Shown: positions 1 through 9,132 of the stretch, in pieces
Numbering within the stretch: position 1 is the first letter of the stretch
Layout of the letters: every line of letters begins with the position of its first letter
Made by a program: the position numbers and the translations under genes
The notes under the pieces: model-generated
Told to the model about the DNA's origin: nothing
Database searches by the model: none
Seen by the model: the letters and a program-made list of their open reading frames with translations, nothing else
Assembly: GCA_977017575.1 (NCBI GenBank)
Contig: CDRNVI010000099.1
Location: forward strand, 188,586-252,585
Source of the DNA: Paramoeba atlantica
Taxonomy: Eukaryota > Protista > Discosea
Direction of reading: 5' to 3'
DNA: 64,000 nucleotides

Positions 1-1
1 A

Positions 2-475
2 TTGAAGGAATGCTCTATACTATTCTTAGTGCGAACCAGCTCATTCAATCCTTATTGTGCCTTGGGGATTGCGCTGAAAGGGGGTTTCTTTCACAGAGAT
101 ATTAAGAACTGGTGCTACCGGATCCCTATTTTAACGGAACTAGGCAACGCCTGCTGCATTCGACAGCGATCGATATACCTCCGTCACACTGTTCTCCGAA
201 TGGGATATAAGTTAGCGTGCGGTATAGCGCAAAGCATCATATGGAATGTTTTGCTTTACCGAGATCGTGCTAGCACGGATTTAAAAGGCGCTGAATCTAT
301 GCTTGGAATGACTGAAGCTCCAGAGCTCGCACCTCTTCGTGAAGGGGGCTTCATCGCGGTGATGTATGACTCATTTCTGATTTTTGCTCCGGAGACTACG
401 GTAAAACGGGGGGAGAACACCCGGTACACAATTTCCGGTAGTTCATCATCTTATTCATTTATAGTAGTTATCTGA
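2..475 (+). pseudogene. Degenerate reverse transcriptase fragment resembling tyrosine-recombinase (DIRS/Ngaro/VIPER/TATE-type) retroelements
   Basis: Ordered RT-like motifs: HRDIKNWCYRIPI (cf. D-L-K-N-W-F-Y-Q-I-P), TVLRMGYKLACGIAQ (cf. LPMG..S..AQ) and IAVMYDSFLIF (cf. YxDD/YDN). The catalytic motif is degenerate and the ORF runs off the window start. Confidence 0.5.
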
Positions 476-683
476 CGATAGAAAAAAGTAAGTGCGAATT
501 TTCTTATTGTGATATACAGATTGTTGAAAATAGTGGCTGTGCTTCCTGGCAGCAGCTCAAAAGTGATCACAGCAAACAAATCACAGCTCAAAAGTGGTTG
601 AAGACAGCGAGAAGACGATCAAGTACCACCCTGCGTATGTTATTCCAATTCTGTAGCAACTTGCGCTATTTACAATACAATAA

Positions 684-800
684 CGCCAGGGTGAAGTGGG
701 CGACTTCAGGGTGAAGCAAGTAAAGGGGTTGAAGCCTCACCACCACCCCAAGAATACAATCTTCCCTTGTATTCGGGGGCCACCCCATCGCTAAGCGTTC
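684..800 (+). pseudogene. Internally deleted fragment of the gene family at 62808-63452
   Basis: cgccagggtgaagtgggcgactt (RQGEVGDF) and gaagcctcaccaccaccccaagaatacaatcttcccttgtattcgg (EASPPPQEYNLPLYS) closely match 63222-63244 and 63352-63417. Confidence 0.75.
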
Positions 801-925
801 GTCATTTTAAGCGTCTAAAAATACATCATCGCCCGCCTAACTACCGTCACCCAGCCCGGCCACCCCGGCCAGCTCAGCCTCAGTCGATCATGACAATATT
901 GTGAAGCTCATATTTGAGTTGTTTC

Positions 926-1606
926 CTACATTAAAAAACACGAAGACTCTTCAACCACACGCGTGTGTTGAAATTGGAACGTAATTCCAGGAAGTAAATT
1001 GGGTGGAAGCAGCGATCTGCGAAATATACCACGAAGGGGTGGATTATCATGGATGTACAGGAGATCAAGTTTCTCAGGTAGAACATCGAGATTTGTTGCC
1101 TCTTCAAATCTATTCTGATCAAACTGAACCGATGTGAGAGTTCTCGGAAGACCTCGAAAATCTAAATGACCGGAAAACAAATTCGATGAAAGAGTCAAGG
1201 TCCCGAGTTCGGGGGGAAGTTCACTAAGGCAAATATTTCCGGAAAATTTGTTGCAAGACAAATTTATCCGTTTCAACCCGCGTGGGAGATAGTGAAACGA
1301 CACGCTTCTGTGTAAGTAATTGTTGCCCAGGTTCATCACGCTCAATGTAGAAGGTAGGTATTCCCATTTTGGATTTCCGTACAAAGCGACGGACCTAAAA
1401 AATAAATGGGAAACAAAGGGCTCATCATCGCAGTTTAAATGGCGCCATCCACATGCAGGTGTTCGTATATCCCATGAAATGGCTTTTGAAGAAATATTCT
1501 GAAGAAAATATCCCATAAGGTCTTCATGAGACATTCGCGTTGTGCTTATTCTGCCTAGGCGAACAGAACTATCACAGCCGTGTAGAAATACCGCAGAAAG
1601 GGCCAT
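926..1606 (-). CDS. Leucine-rich repeat protein (family copy A)
   Basis: W-x-C-x-W N-cap followed by LPxxLxxLxLxxNxFSG repeats. The first real ATG is at 1606 (the ORF track extends to 1675). Close paralogue of 15685-16365. Confidence 0.85.
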   Translation of the reverse strand: MALSAVFLHGCDSSVRLGRISTTRMSHEDLMGYFLQNISSKAISWDIRTPACGWRHLNCDDEPFVSHLFFRSVALYGNPKWEYLPSTLSVMNLGNNYLHRSVSFHYLPRGLKRINLSCNKFSGNICLSELPPELGTLTLSSNLFSGHLDFRGLPRTLTSVQFDQNRFEEATNLDVLPEKLDLLYIHDNPPLRGIFRRSLLPPNLLPGITFQFQHTRVVEESSCFLM

Positions 1607-2025
1607 TTGCAGTTGGAATTGAAGTATTAAATAGAATGTTGAGTTCACTAGACTGACTCTACAAAATACTATCAAAAACGCAGAAAATTATAAAATCTTG
1701 AGGAAAAACCTTCACCCTTCAAGACAACCTTGTTTCTAAAGAAGAAAACAAAGTGGGAAACATGAACTCCCGTGAAGTTGTGTGAGGGGGTTAGAGCAAC
1801 ATTGCGTCATTTTCGATTACCCGGTGACATTCCTGAGATCAAAGTCACCCTTCGTTGTGCAAGTTACCCTACGTTGTATAAGTTATCACAACCTGTATAA
1901 ACAAATTTTTGCATTTAGTCCTTTTATATGGCTTGGATGAAAAACATAATTTCGGGGTTAAGATATCAAAACAGGCAATGTGAACTATTCTATGCCTGCC
2001 TTTCCCCTTTACTACGATACTATTA

Positions 2026-2283
2026 AACTCCCCACAGCTAATAAGTCACCCCCCTCTTTTTTTTGTGCAACGAGGCTTAGGGGGGTTGCGGCACCACTTT
2101 TTCGTTCAAAATTTTGAGATCTGCAAGTTCCCGCTGTTTTTAGACCTCTTCACAGATAACAAATTAAAACTCATTTTTTTAATGACGTTTTTACATAGTC
2201 ATGCCAATATTACCCGAAAAATCTCATGTTCCTCGACCAGGGGGGGAGAAGGGGGTCAACATGAAAATGGTGTCACAGATCTT
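2026..2283. mobile_element. Orphan end of a Tc1/IS630-like element (host of the Merlin insertion)
   Basis: TA followed by aactccccacagctaataagtcacccccc, plus about 110 bp matching the right-end TIR and subterminal region of the 29028-29959 element (inverted). No partner end was found. Confidence 0.5.
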
Positions 2284-3499
2284 GGTGGGATTGAACGAAT
2301 AATGGACACTTTTTTTTAAATAATTTAAAATTTTTATGAAATCCTTTTTTGTGTTTCCTAGGGTGATATGTATGAATTTTTTGGATTATTAGTCAATTTT
2401 TATCTTAAAATTACTGCTAGTATTGCTTCTCTAAGGTTTCAATGAACTGCACAGGTTGCCCTCGTTTTGATTGCGCTGCTCAAATTCGCTTGGCTTCAGT
2501 CGGCTCTGCCACAGAGGAAACGTGTATGTTGTGGATGCGAAACCACAAACTCACTGTACAAAGCGTTTCCTGCGAGCGTGGGCATGAGCGGGTATTGTGT
2601 AATCTGAAGGGAGGCAAGTTCCACTGCCCAGTACGCTCCTGCCGCAATTTGATGTCACAGGACGGTCCTCTCAAGCACTCAAAGACAAAGGTGTCCGCAA
2701 AGCAGATTCTAATTGGGATCGTTTCCTTTTCTTATAGCATGCTGGGAACAGAAGTTGCAAAGGAAGAAGAAGTCTCTCAAAGAACTGTAGTTTTGCAACG
2801 CCAAATTATCGAAAAATCATTGTCCGAGGTTCATAAAATCCGTCAGCGGAACGCCGAGGGAACAGTATCCTTTATGCAAGTCGATGAGACGTGGTTCTCA
2901 AAGATCAAGCGAGGGGGAAACAACCGAAACCAGCGGGTACGCGCTGGTGGTAGCCAGATAGTTCAGACTCTGGCCGAATGTACTCGTGACAGCAAGCTGA
3001 CAGAGATACATGTCACGCCTGTGCCTCAAAAAAGCGCAGAACACTTAATTCCCCCCATCGAGGCTATGTGTGCCTCGTCGCGTACGCGGATCCATACCGA
3101 CGGGGCCAGGCACAACAATTTTCTTGAAGGAAAGTATCAATGGGATTCGGTTATCCACAGAAATGAGTGGATCAGTGATTCCGGTGTGCACACTAACACC
3201 GTAGAAGGAGCTAACAGCATGTTGAAGAGAACTTTGACGCGTTGTGGCGGCCAACTTGGTAGAAGCAATGAAAACCGGCATGAGCGTGTGCGCGCCCTGG
3301 CAGAAAAATGTAACGGATCTCTGCGGGTGAATGGAGCAAGTGTTTTGAAGCGAGTTTTGGAGGATCTTCGCGTGTATTGTGCGCATTATGTTCTGCAGTA
3401 AGAAGCATTTGTTTTGTTAGATAATGATCGAAGGGAAAATATCGTCTTTTTAAAAATTCTGAAAACTGAAATTTTGTACATTATTCGTTCAATCCGACC
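2284..3499 (+). mobile_element. Merlin (IS1595-like) DNA transposon, apparently complete
   Basis: TIRs ggtgggattgaacgaataatg / cattattcgttcaatccgacc. Perfect 8-bp TSD CAGATCTT at 2276-2283 and 3500-3507. Single intact ORF. Confidence 0.93.
2442..3401 (+). CDS. Merlin/IS1595-family DDE transposase
   Basis: N-terminal Cys/His clusters, then QVDETWF, IHTDG and VHTNTVEGANS motifs. 319 aa, uninterrupted. Confidence 0.92.
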   Translation: MNCTGCPRFDCAAQIRLASVGSATEETCMLWMRNHKLTVQSVSCERGHERVLCNLKGGKFHCPVRSCRNLMSQDGPLKHSKTKVSAKQILIGIVSFSYSMLGTEVAKEEEVSQRTVVLQRQIIEKSLSEVHKIRQRNAEGTVSFMQVDETWFSKIKRGGNNRNQRVRAGGSQIVQTLAECTRDSKLTEIHVTPVPQKSAEHLIPPIEAMCASSRTRIHTDGARHNNFLEGKYQWDSVIHRNEWISDSGVHTNTVEGANSMLKRTLTRCGGQLGRSNENRHERVRALAEKCNGSLRVNGASVLKRVLEDLRVYCAHYVLQ

Positions 3500-3874
3500 C
3501 AGATCTTCGCTAGGGGAACGAGATCTCTCGATTGCAACAAAAATGATCAAAAACGGATAACAAACATTCAATTTGTCACGTGGTGGAATATTTGTCTTTG
3601 GTTGGTTCTTTCTTGAAACGGTGATAAATCAACTTTTTTAAGCTGTCCCCTTTACTTTTTGCTTGAAGGGGCCTAAGGGGGTCAAGATATCATTTTCTCG
3701 TTCAAAATTCTGAGATCTACACGTTCCCACCATTTTATAAGCACGTTCGACAGGGTATTATTGCCAGTTCTTGTCGAAAACACTTCAGAAAAGGAGGGCC
3801 ACATTCATGTTCCGCACGTATAGTCGAAACCTGGCCCAATTACGCATAGCCAATGTACGCATCAATATACACAT

Positions 3875-4207
3875 TGATCCAAGCCATTCTCTATGGTCTT
3901 CCTCTGGACCCGGGCAGGTGGTTTGGTAGGGCATGGGCAAATTAACCAGAAGGATAGAATCGGTTGAAGGATAGAATCGGTGGTACAGCGCGTCCAGGAC
4001 TTGTACGGCGGACTGCAACGCATGCAATTCACATACATTTTCACAAAAGGTATTCCTGTCATTGTTGCCGTTGTCTTTATTTTGGATGTATTGAATCACT
4101 TGGGCTCTTTCCGAAACGTGCACCCCAGCCAAGGAAGGAAACAGGGGGAGACAAAGGGAATACTTCTTATCTCAGGGTGTGATGAATAAATGCATGGCAG
4201 GTTCAAA
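3875..4207 (-). pseudogene. Internally deleted duplicate of the 16642-18729 gene
   Basis: AQVIQY..NKDNG...CELHALQSAV.VLDALY is joined directly to LPMP...CPGPEE. These two segments are about 1.3 kb apart in the long copy. Confidence 0.85.
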
Positions 4208-4467
4208 TAGCAGTCGTTAAAGTCGTCTGACCCCGGGCCACTTGAGCGCAAAACTCAGACAAAAAACGGGCAATATTCTAGCGAACAATTGAACCACTGT
4301 CCTGGTTAACACTCCCGGAAGGAACATACCCGGAAGGAACATTCCTATACCGCATAGGAATATTACGAAGTATAGGAATAATAAAAGAAGGATCAGCAGA
4401 AATGATATAAAAATTAGCAGAAAAGGACCATTTTTTAGTCTTGGGGGTCCAAGGGGGCGTTCAGGGG

Positions 4468-5640
4468 GGGTCCAGGGGAGGGGTCCAGGGGGGGTCCAGT
4501 GGGTGGGCATACGTCGCGATTTTTTTTCACGGTTTTTTTTCCTTCTTCCAAAACCGATTACTGTACTTTTTTTGCAAATAAGAGGGCTGAAACTAGAGAT
4601 TTACGATCCCGGCCGATCGAATAATTGGGGGGAATAGTATTGAGCCTAACTTTTTTATCTACTTTGCCAACTTTCCCACACTTTCTACACTTACGACCCT
4701 TCACCATACAGTTTCTGTACCTTGTTGGTACTTTTTCCTTTAGATAATCTTTTCCTTCCCCGGCAACGGGCATAGTTTTACTATTTATATGCCCGTTGCC
4801 GGCCGGCACTAAGGCCGAAACTGTCCCTCTTTCTCGGCGAAGTAGGGGACGCGCTTCCACCCCATCACCCCTCCCCGGCTCACTCCTTGAGTGAGTTTTC
4901 TTCCCTCCCCGGCTTTCTTCCCTTCGCGTCTATTCCTTCCCGGGGAGCCGTGCGCCATGGTGGCCTCCCTTGAGGACCACTGGGCGTGGCTCTGCCTCGT
5001 CTTATCGCGAGGCAGCGGTCGGTTGCAGTGCGCCCCTCCGGCTGCGTAAAGAGGTGGTCAGTTGCCAGGACCACCTCCACCGACTGGGACCGAGTCGGCT
5101 GCGGAAAGAGAGGGCGAGTTGCCTGGATCCCCTCTACCGACAGAGTCTGTGCTAAATCCCCTTGATGCGACATCCGTCATTACGGATTGTGCCGATGATA
5201 TCGGGTGTCGCATCACGGGCTGTATCTCTGCGCCAACGAGCGCATGAACATCAAAATACTCCATACACCTTCCAAACCTACTCCCTTTACCCCTCTCGTG
5301 TATCCCCTCCCTTACACCCTACCCCACTTCCTCAACCCCAACTTCCCTCAAGCCGCACGCAATCACGTCCATATGGCCACAGACCTCCGCTCCCACCCCG
5401 TTAGCAGTATAAGATACTTTAGCTTGCTGTACGAGGGTGGGAGACTTGGAGGAGACGAAGCGCAAAGACGCCGTCACATCAAGAAAGAAAGACAGAGCGG
5501 GACGGACGCGGGGACAAGGGGAAGCGACACACTTTGGGTCCAGGGGAGGGGTCCAGGGGGGGTCCAGTGGGTGGGCATACGTCGCGATTTTTTTTCCCGA
5601 TTTTTTTGCTTTTTCCAAAACCGATTACTGTATTCTTTTT
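4468..5640. repeat. ~105-bp direct repeats (4468-4572 and 5536-5640)
   Basis: gggtccagggg...gtgggtgggcatacgtcgcgattttttt...ccaaaaccgattactgta occurs twice. The end reads TA-CAGTAATCGG on the minus strand, like a pogo-type TIR end. Confidence 0.75.
4706..5256 (+). mobile_element. SL-RNA-headed structured retroposon-like element, copy 1
   Basis: Begins atacagtttctgtaccttgttggtac and ends catgaacatcaaaa. Homologous over its whole length to the reverse complement of 30540-31123. Confidence 0.75.
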
Positions 5641-5950
5641 TGTCATCCCCCTAACCCACTAGCGCCCCTACGGTACCGCGAAAGAGGTTCAGCTCCTAGA
5701 ATGCAGTGGGATGGTACTCAAAGAGGTGACCCCTAGTGATATACTGAAAACGACATAATTATGGTAAAGATCAGAAATGCTACTGTAGGAGGAGATGTGC
5801 TGTGGGGTCATTTCACTTAGTTTAAAAATAATCACAATATCAAGTACGCGCTGCATCTTCACAGTGTGGCGTCCGACCTTTCCCCTCAACAGGAAGTATG
5901 CGTATCTCGCTCGCAGTGCCAGAGCACTATCGGCTCCATACGCGCTACTC

Positions 5951-6185
5951 CCCATTGGAGGTTATCGGTCTCCTTTAACCCTGCGAGGGACAAGGCCGGC
6001 AGGTCGGACGCACCCCCCCCTTCCCTTTATACATACTATCCATACAACTATACGCATGAAAAGTCTTTGTCGCGCAGCATAGAGGATCGCATCTTCTTCC
6101 ATCACCTTTCTATGTGTATTTTCACATAGCCCCGGGCTTTGGACCGGTTTAGCAGGGTTAAAGGAGACCGATAACCTCCAATGGG
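5951..6185. mobile_element. Foldback/MITE-like element with perfect 34-bp inverted repeats
   Basis: cccattggaggttatcggtctcctttaaccctgc (5951-5984) and its exact reverse complement at 6152-6185. Confidence 0.7.
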
Positions 6186-6486
6186 AAGAATGTCTTAGGC
6201 CAATGTTTCGAGACACACTACCTCCCAGCATTAAAAAAAACTTCGTGCGAATTAAGCATTTCTGCAGTACGAGACCTTGGTCCCTGTATTCTTAATGTAA
6301 GTTCTAGCATGCAGGAAGCCGAATGCGAAGCAACCCGAGCATGTGATCTACAGCAAACATATAATGCAGAGGATAATATTGTAGAACAGTACGAATGCGA
6401 AAACTCGGGAACGAAAGTGAACTTCAGAAGAGAGAAACTACAAACGCGCTCACGAACAAGCGTGAACCGTATTCCACCGTCGCAGA

Positions 6487-6633
6487 AAGTTGCAAAACGA
6501 ATGTTCTAATTGTCTACTTCAGAATTTAACAATACATGTTTACTCTATGGAGGGCTGCGATACAACGTTTCATCATATGTGTGCAATTGAAGCACATGGA
6601 GAAGATTATGACAATCGCTGTGTAAAGCATTAG
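6487..6633 (+). pseudogene. PHD-finger-like C-terminal fragment, possibly from a transposase
   Basis: CSNC...EGCDTTFHHMC...RCVKH* in one frame. No upstream domain is recognisable. Confidence 0.3.
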
Positions 6634-7202
6634 TTTATTCGGGGCTACGAAAGTGGGGACAAGTCAGGGGTATTGACGATACAAGGATATTTACATCCAC
6701 AGAACTGTTTTTCAATATTTACATTCATTTCATTACTCAAATTTAGTTAACTCAATCTTTAGTATAGTAGGCCGAGAGTAACTGCAATAGAAAAAAGATT
6801 CACACTCTAAGTCAGTACTAGGTGACTTGTCCTCCTAGGTGACATATCCGTTTTTGGCCGTTTTTTTCCACTTTTTCGAGGATATGTGAGGGGGGGTGAC
6901 GGTAGTTCAAAGCCACGAACCGGAGGTGACGAGCGTGTCGAATGAGCAAGTAGATGCCGCAATGCTAAACTTTGAAGAAGAACGCTTTCGCGCACGCTTT
7001 CTATGAATAGGAACGGATCCAGGCAGCAGTATCCTATTGCGTTGAGAGCGCATAGAAATAAACTCTTCAAACAATTGAAATCAAGAAATACTGTAGCACA
7101 AAATTTATATTCTAGAAATCTTGATGCACAATCAGTTGAAAGTGTAATAAAACTTTTGCTATGAACGTTTGCTAAATAAACGAATCGCAAGAAATCGACC
7201 AC

Positions 7203-8409
7203 CAGGTGGATTGTCAATGTCAGTGCAACAAAAGGTTAATTTCTACATAATACACTTCATGTACCAATTTCTACATAATTCAGTTCATTCATGCCAAAGT
7301 ACAGAAGATTATCTGAAAACAATCGCAAAGATATTCAAATGATGTTCGAAAGTGGCGCCACGAAGAGGGAAATTGCCCGATCGATTGATAAGTCCCCAAG
7401 TACGGTATGTCGTGAGCTGACACGCAACAGGAAAAGAGGTGGGCAATACCGTTTAAGCCGTGCCCATCGTGTTGCCAAGAGGCGACTGGTTAATAAAGGG
7501 ACCAGACCACGTCTAATTCGAGCCAGTCTTGAACAAAGTGTAAAGACCCGTCTCCGAAAGCTTCACAGCCCGGAGCAGGTTGCTAATACACTTGTTGTCG
7601 GCTCACAAGGTTCACCATCCACTTCCACGATCTATCGATTTGTTCGTCGAGATAAAGACAATGGGGGGAAGATTCATAAGTGCCTACGGATCCGCGGAAG
7701 ACGGCCTTATGTTCGACGCATTCATGGTCGAAGTACCATTTCAAACCGGGTTTCTATCGATCATCGTCACCAAATAGTAAACACACGACGTCGGTATGGT
7801 GATTGGGAGGCCGTTTTAATTGAGGGAGCAAAGAAAAGTGGGTATTTCATCCTGAACCTTTGTGAACGAAAGAGTAGGTTTGTGTCCTTCATGTATTTCA
7901 ATCCAAGCAGCCAAAAGAAGTTGAAACACAGGTGCTGAAAGCCTTAAAGAAATACAAACTGCATACCATAACGTATGACAATGGAACTGAAAACACCAAT
8001 CATGAAGCCATCAACAAGAAGTAGGATGCAAATCTTACTTTAGGATGCAAATCTTACTTTTGTCATCCTTACCATTCATGGGAAAAGGGGGCCGTTGAAA
8101 ACATGGATGGTCTGGTCAGGCAGTAGTATATTCCTTCTAATAAGAAACGCGTTATGTTTTTCCGTCAATATCGATTATCCAGGTACCCCTTTTTTCTTCT
8201 CCTTATATTATTTTTTCTTAATGCATTGTTTCTTTCTTAACAGGGCTCATACAATCCCGCGTCCGTTCGCGGTGCTGTCCGACCAAAAAAACAGTGTTGC
8301 ACTGAGTATGCTAAAATCCTGACATCCGGAACACACCCATATTTTTCTCATTTTTGTTGCATTGAGTATGACAAAAAGGTGTTGCACTGAGTATGACAAT
8401 GCACACCTG
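7203..8409 (+). mobile_element. IS30-family insertion sequence, decayed
   Basis: Imperfect TIRs caggtggattgtcaatgtcagtgcaaca / tgttgcactgagtatgacaatgcacacctg enclose about 1.2 kb and an IS30 transposase pseudogene. No clear TSD. Confidence 0.85.
7291..8160 (+). pseudogene. IS30-family transposase, frameshifted
   Basis: HTH (REIARSIDKSPSTVCRELTRN), HSPEQVA, STIYRFV, RYGDWEA(V)LIEG and LCERKSRF. After a frameshift: TITYDNGTE, YFCHPYHSWEKGAVENMDGLVRQ. A 19-bp tandem duplication lies at 8022-8059. Confidence 0.9.
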
Positions 8410-8835
8410 TCGTAATGCAATGTATCGGTTGTAATGCAACAAATACGAGCAATTGTAGAAAAATCTTCCGAAAGGCCAATTTACGTTTTCCATACTTATT
8501 CCACCACACGAAAATATTTCCCATCTTTTACTTTAAATTTTGTTCTCTAACGGAGAATTTCGACGTCGAAAAAAAGAATTCGACTTCGAACTTAAACCAT
8601 GAGAATGTGATACAAACTAAATAGAGCGATGCACTAGAAATATTTGCACGCTGGTATTACATTTTGGTGTTATAAAGTTGTGTAAAACAGTTGCAAGAGA
8701 AATTTATGGTTGAGATTTTGTTTTGATTTTTTACGCGCATTTCCTCTTAGCGAAGGAAAAAACGGACACTCTCAGTAACAAACGGACACTTCCATGAAAA
8801 AGTTCAATATTCATTATGCACGCTCAAAGCTCTTG

Positions 8836-9132
8836 TCACGTTACGTGACGAATCCTACTCGTCGAAAACCTCAATTTTTGTATTTTCAATATTAACCTTT
8901 CCAGCGTAGCTGGAATAATAGCTGTACTAATTTCGCCATTCAGTTCCTCATTATCAGCTAAACTCAATTCTTCCAATCTATTAGGGAGACTGTCGAAAAA
9001 CACTGTTCCATAAAACTTGTTATAGCTCAAGTAAAGTTTTTGTAAAGTGGAGGGCAAACGAGACAACTCAATATAACCGGTGAGTTTGTTATCATAATTG
9101 ATGATATCCTATCTTTTGAGATAAAGTATTTT
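8836..9132 (-). pseudogene. 3' half of an LRR gene interrupted by the LINE
   Basis: DNKLTGYIELSRLPSTLQKLYLSYNKFYG...LPNRLEELSLADN directly abuts the LINE 3' end. Confidence 0.8.

Noticed and set aside
4706-5256. Hammerhead or HDV ribozyme in the SL-headed element (retrozyme idea)
   Set aside because: I could not find the CUGANGA/GAAA hammerhead core or an HDV pseudoknot by eye. A covariance-model search is needed.
4880-5404. Short ORFs within the SL-headed element (also 30497-31042)
   Set aside because: The frames are not conserved between the two copies because indels shift them. The element looks non-coding.
7203-8409. Bacterial contamination or prokaryotic origin for the whole window
   Set aside because: RPB2, SSRP1 and glucosidase II are eukaryotic, and the IS30 is decayed and flanked by eukaryotic repeats. 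Read-level confirmation is still needed.
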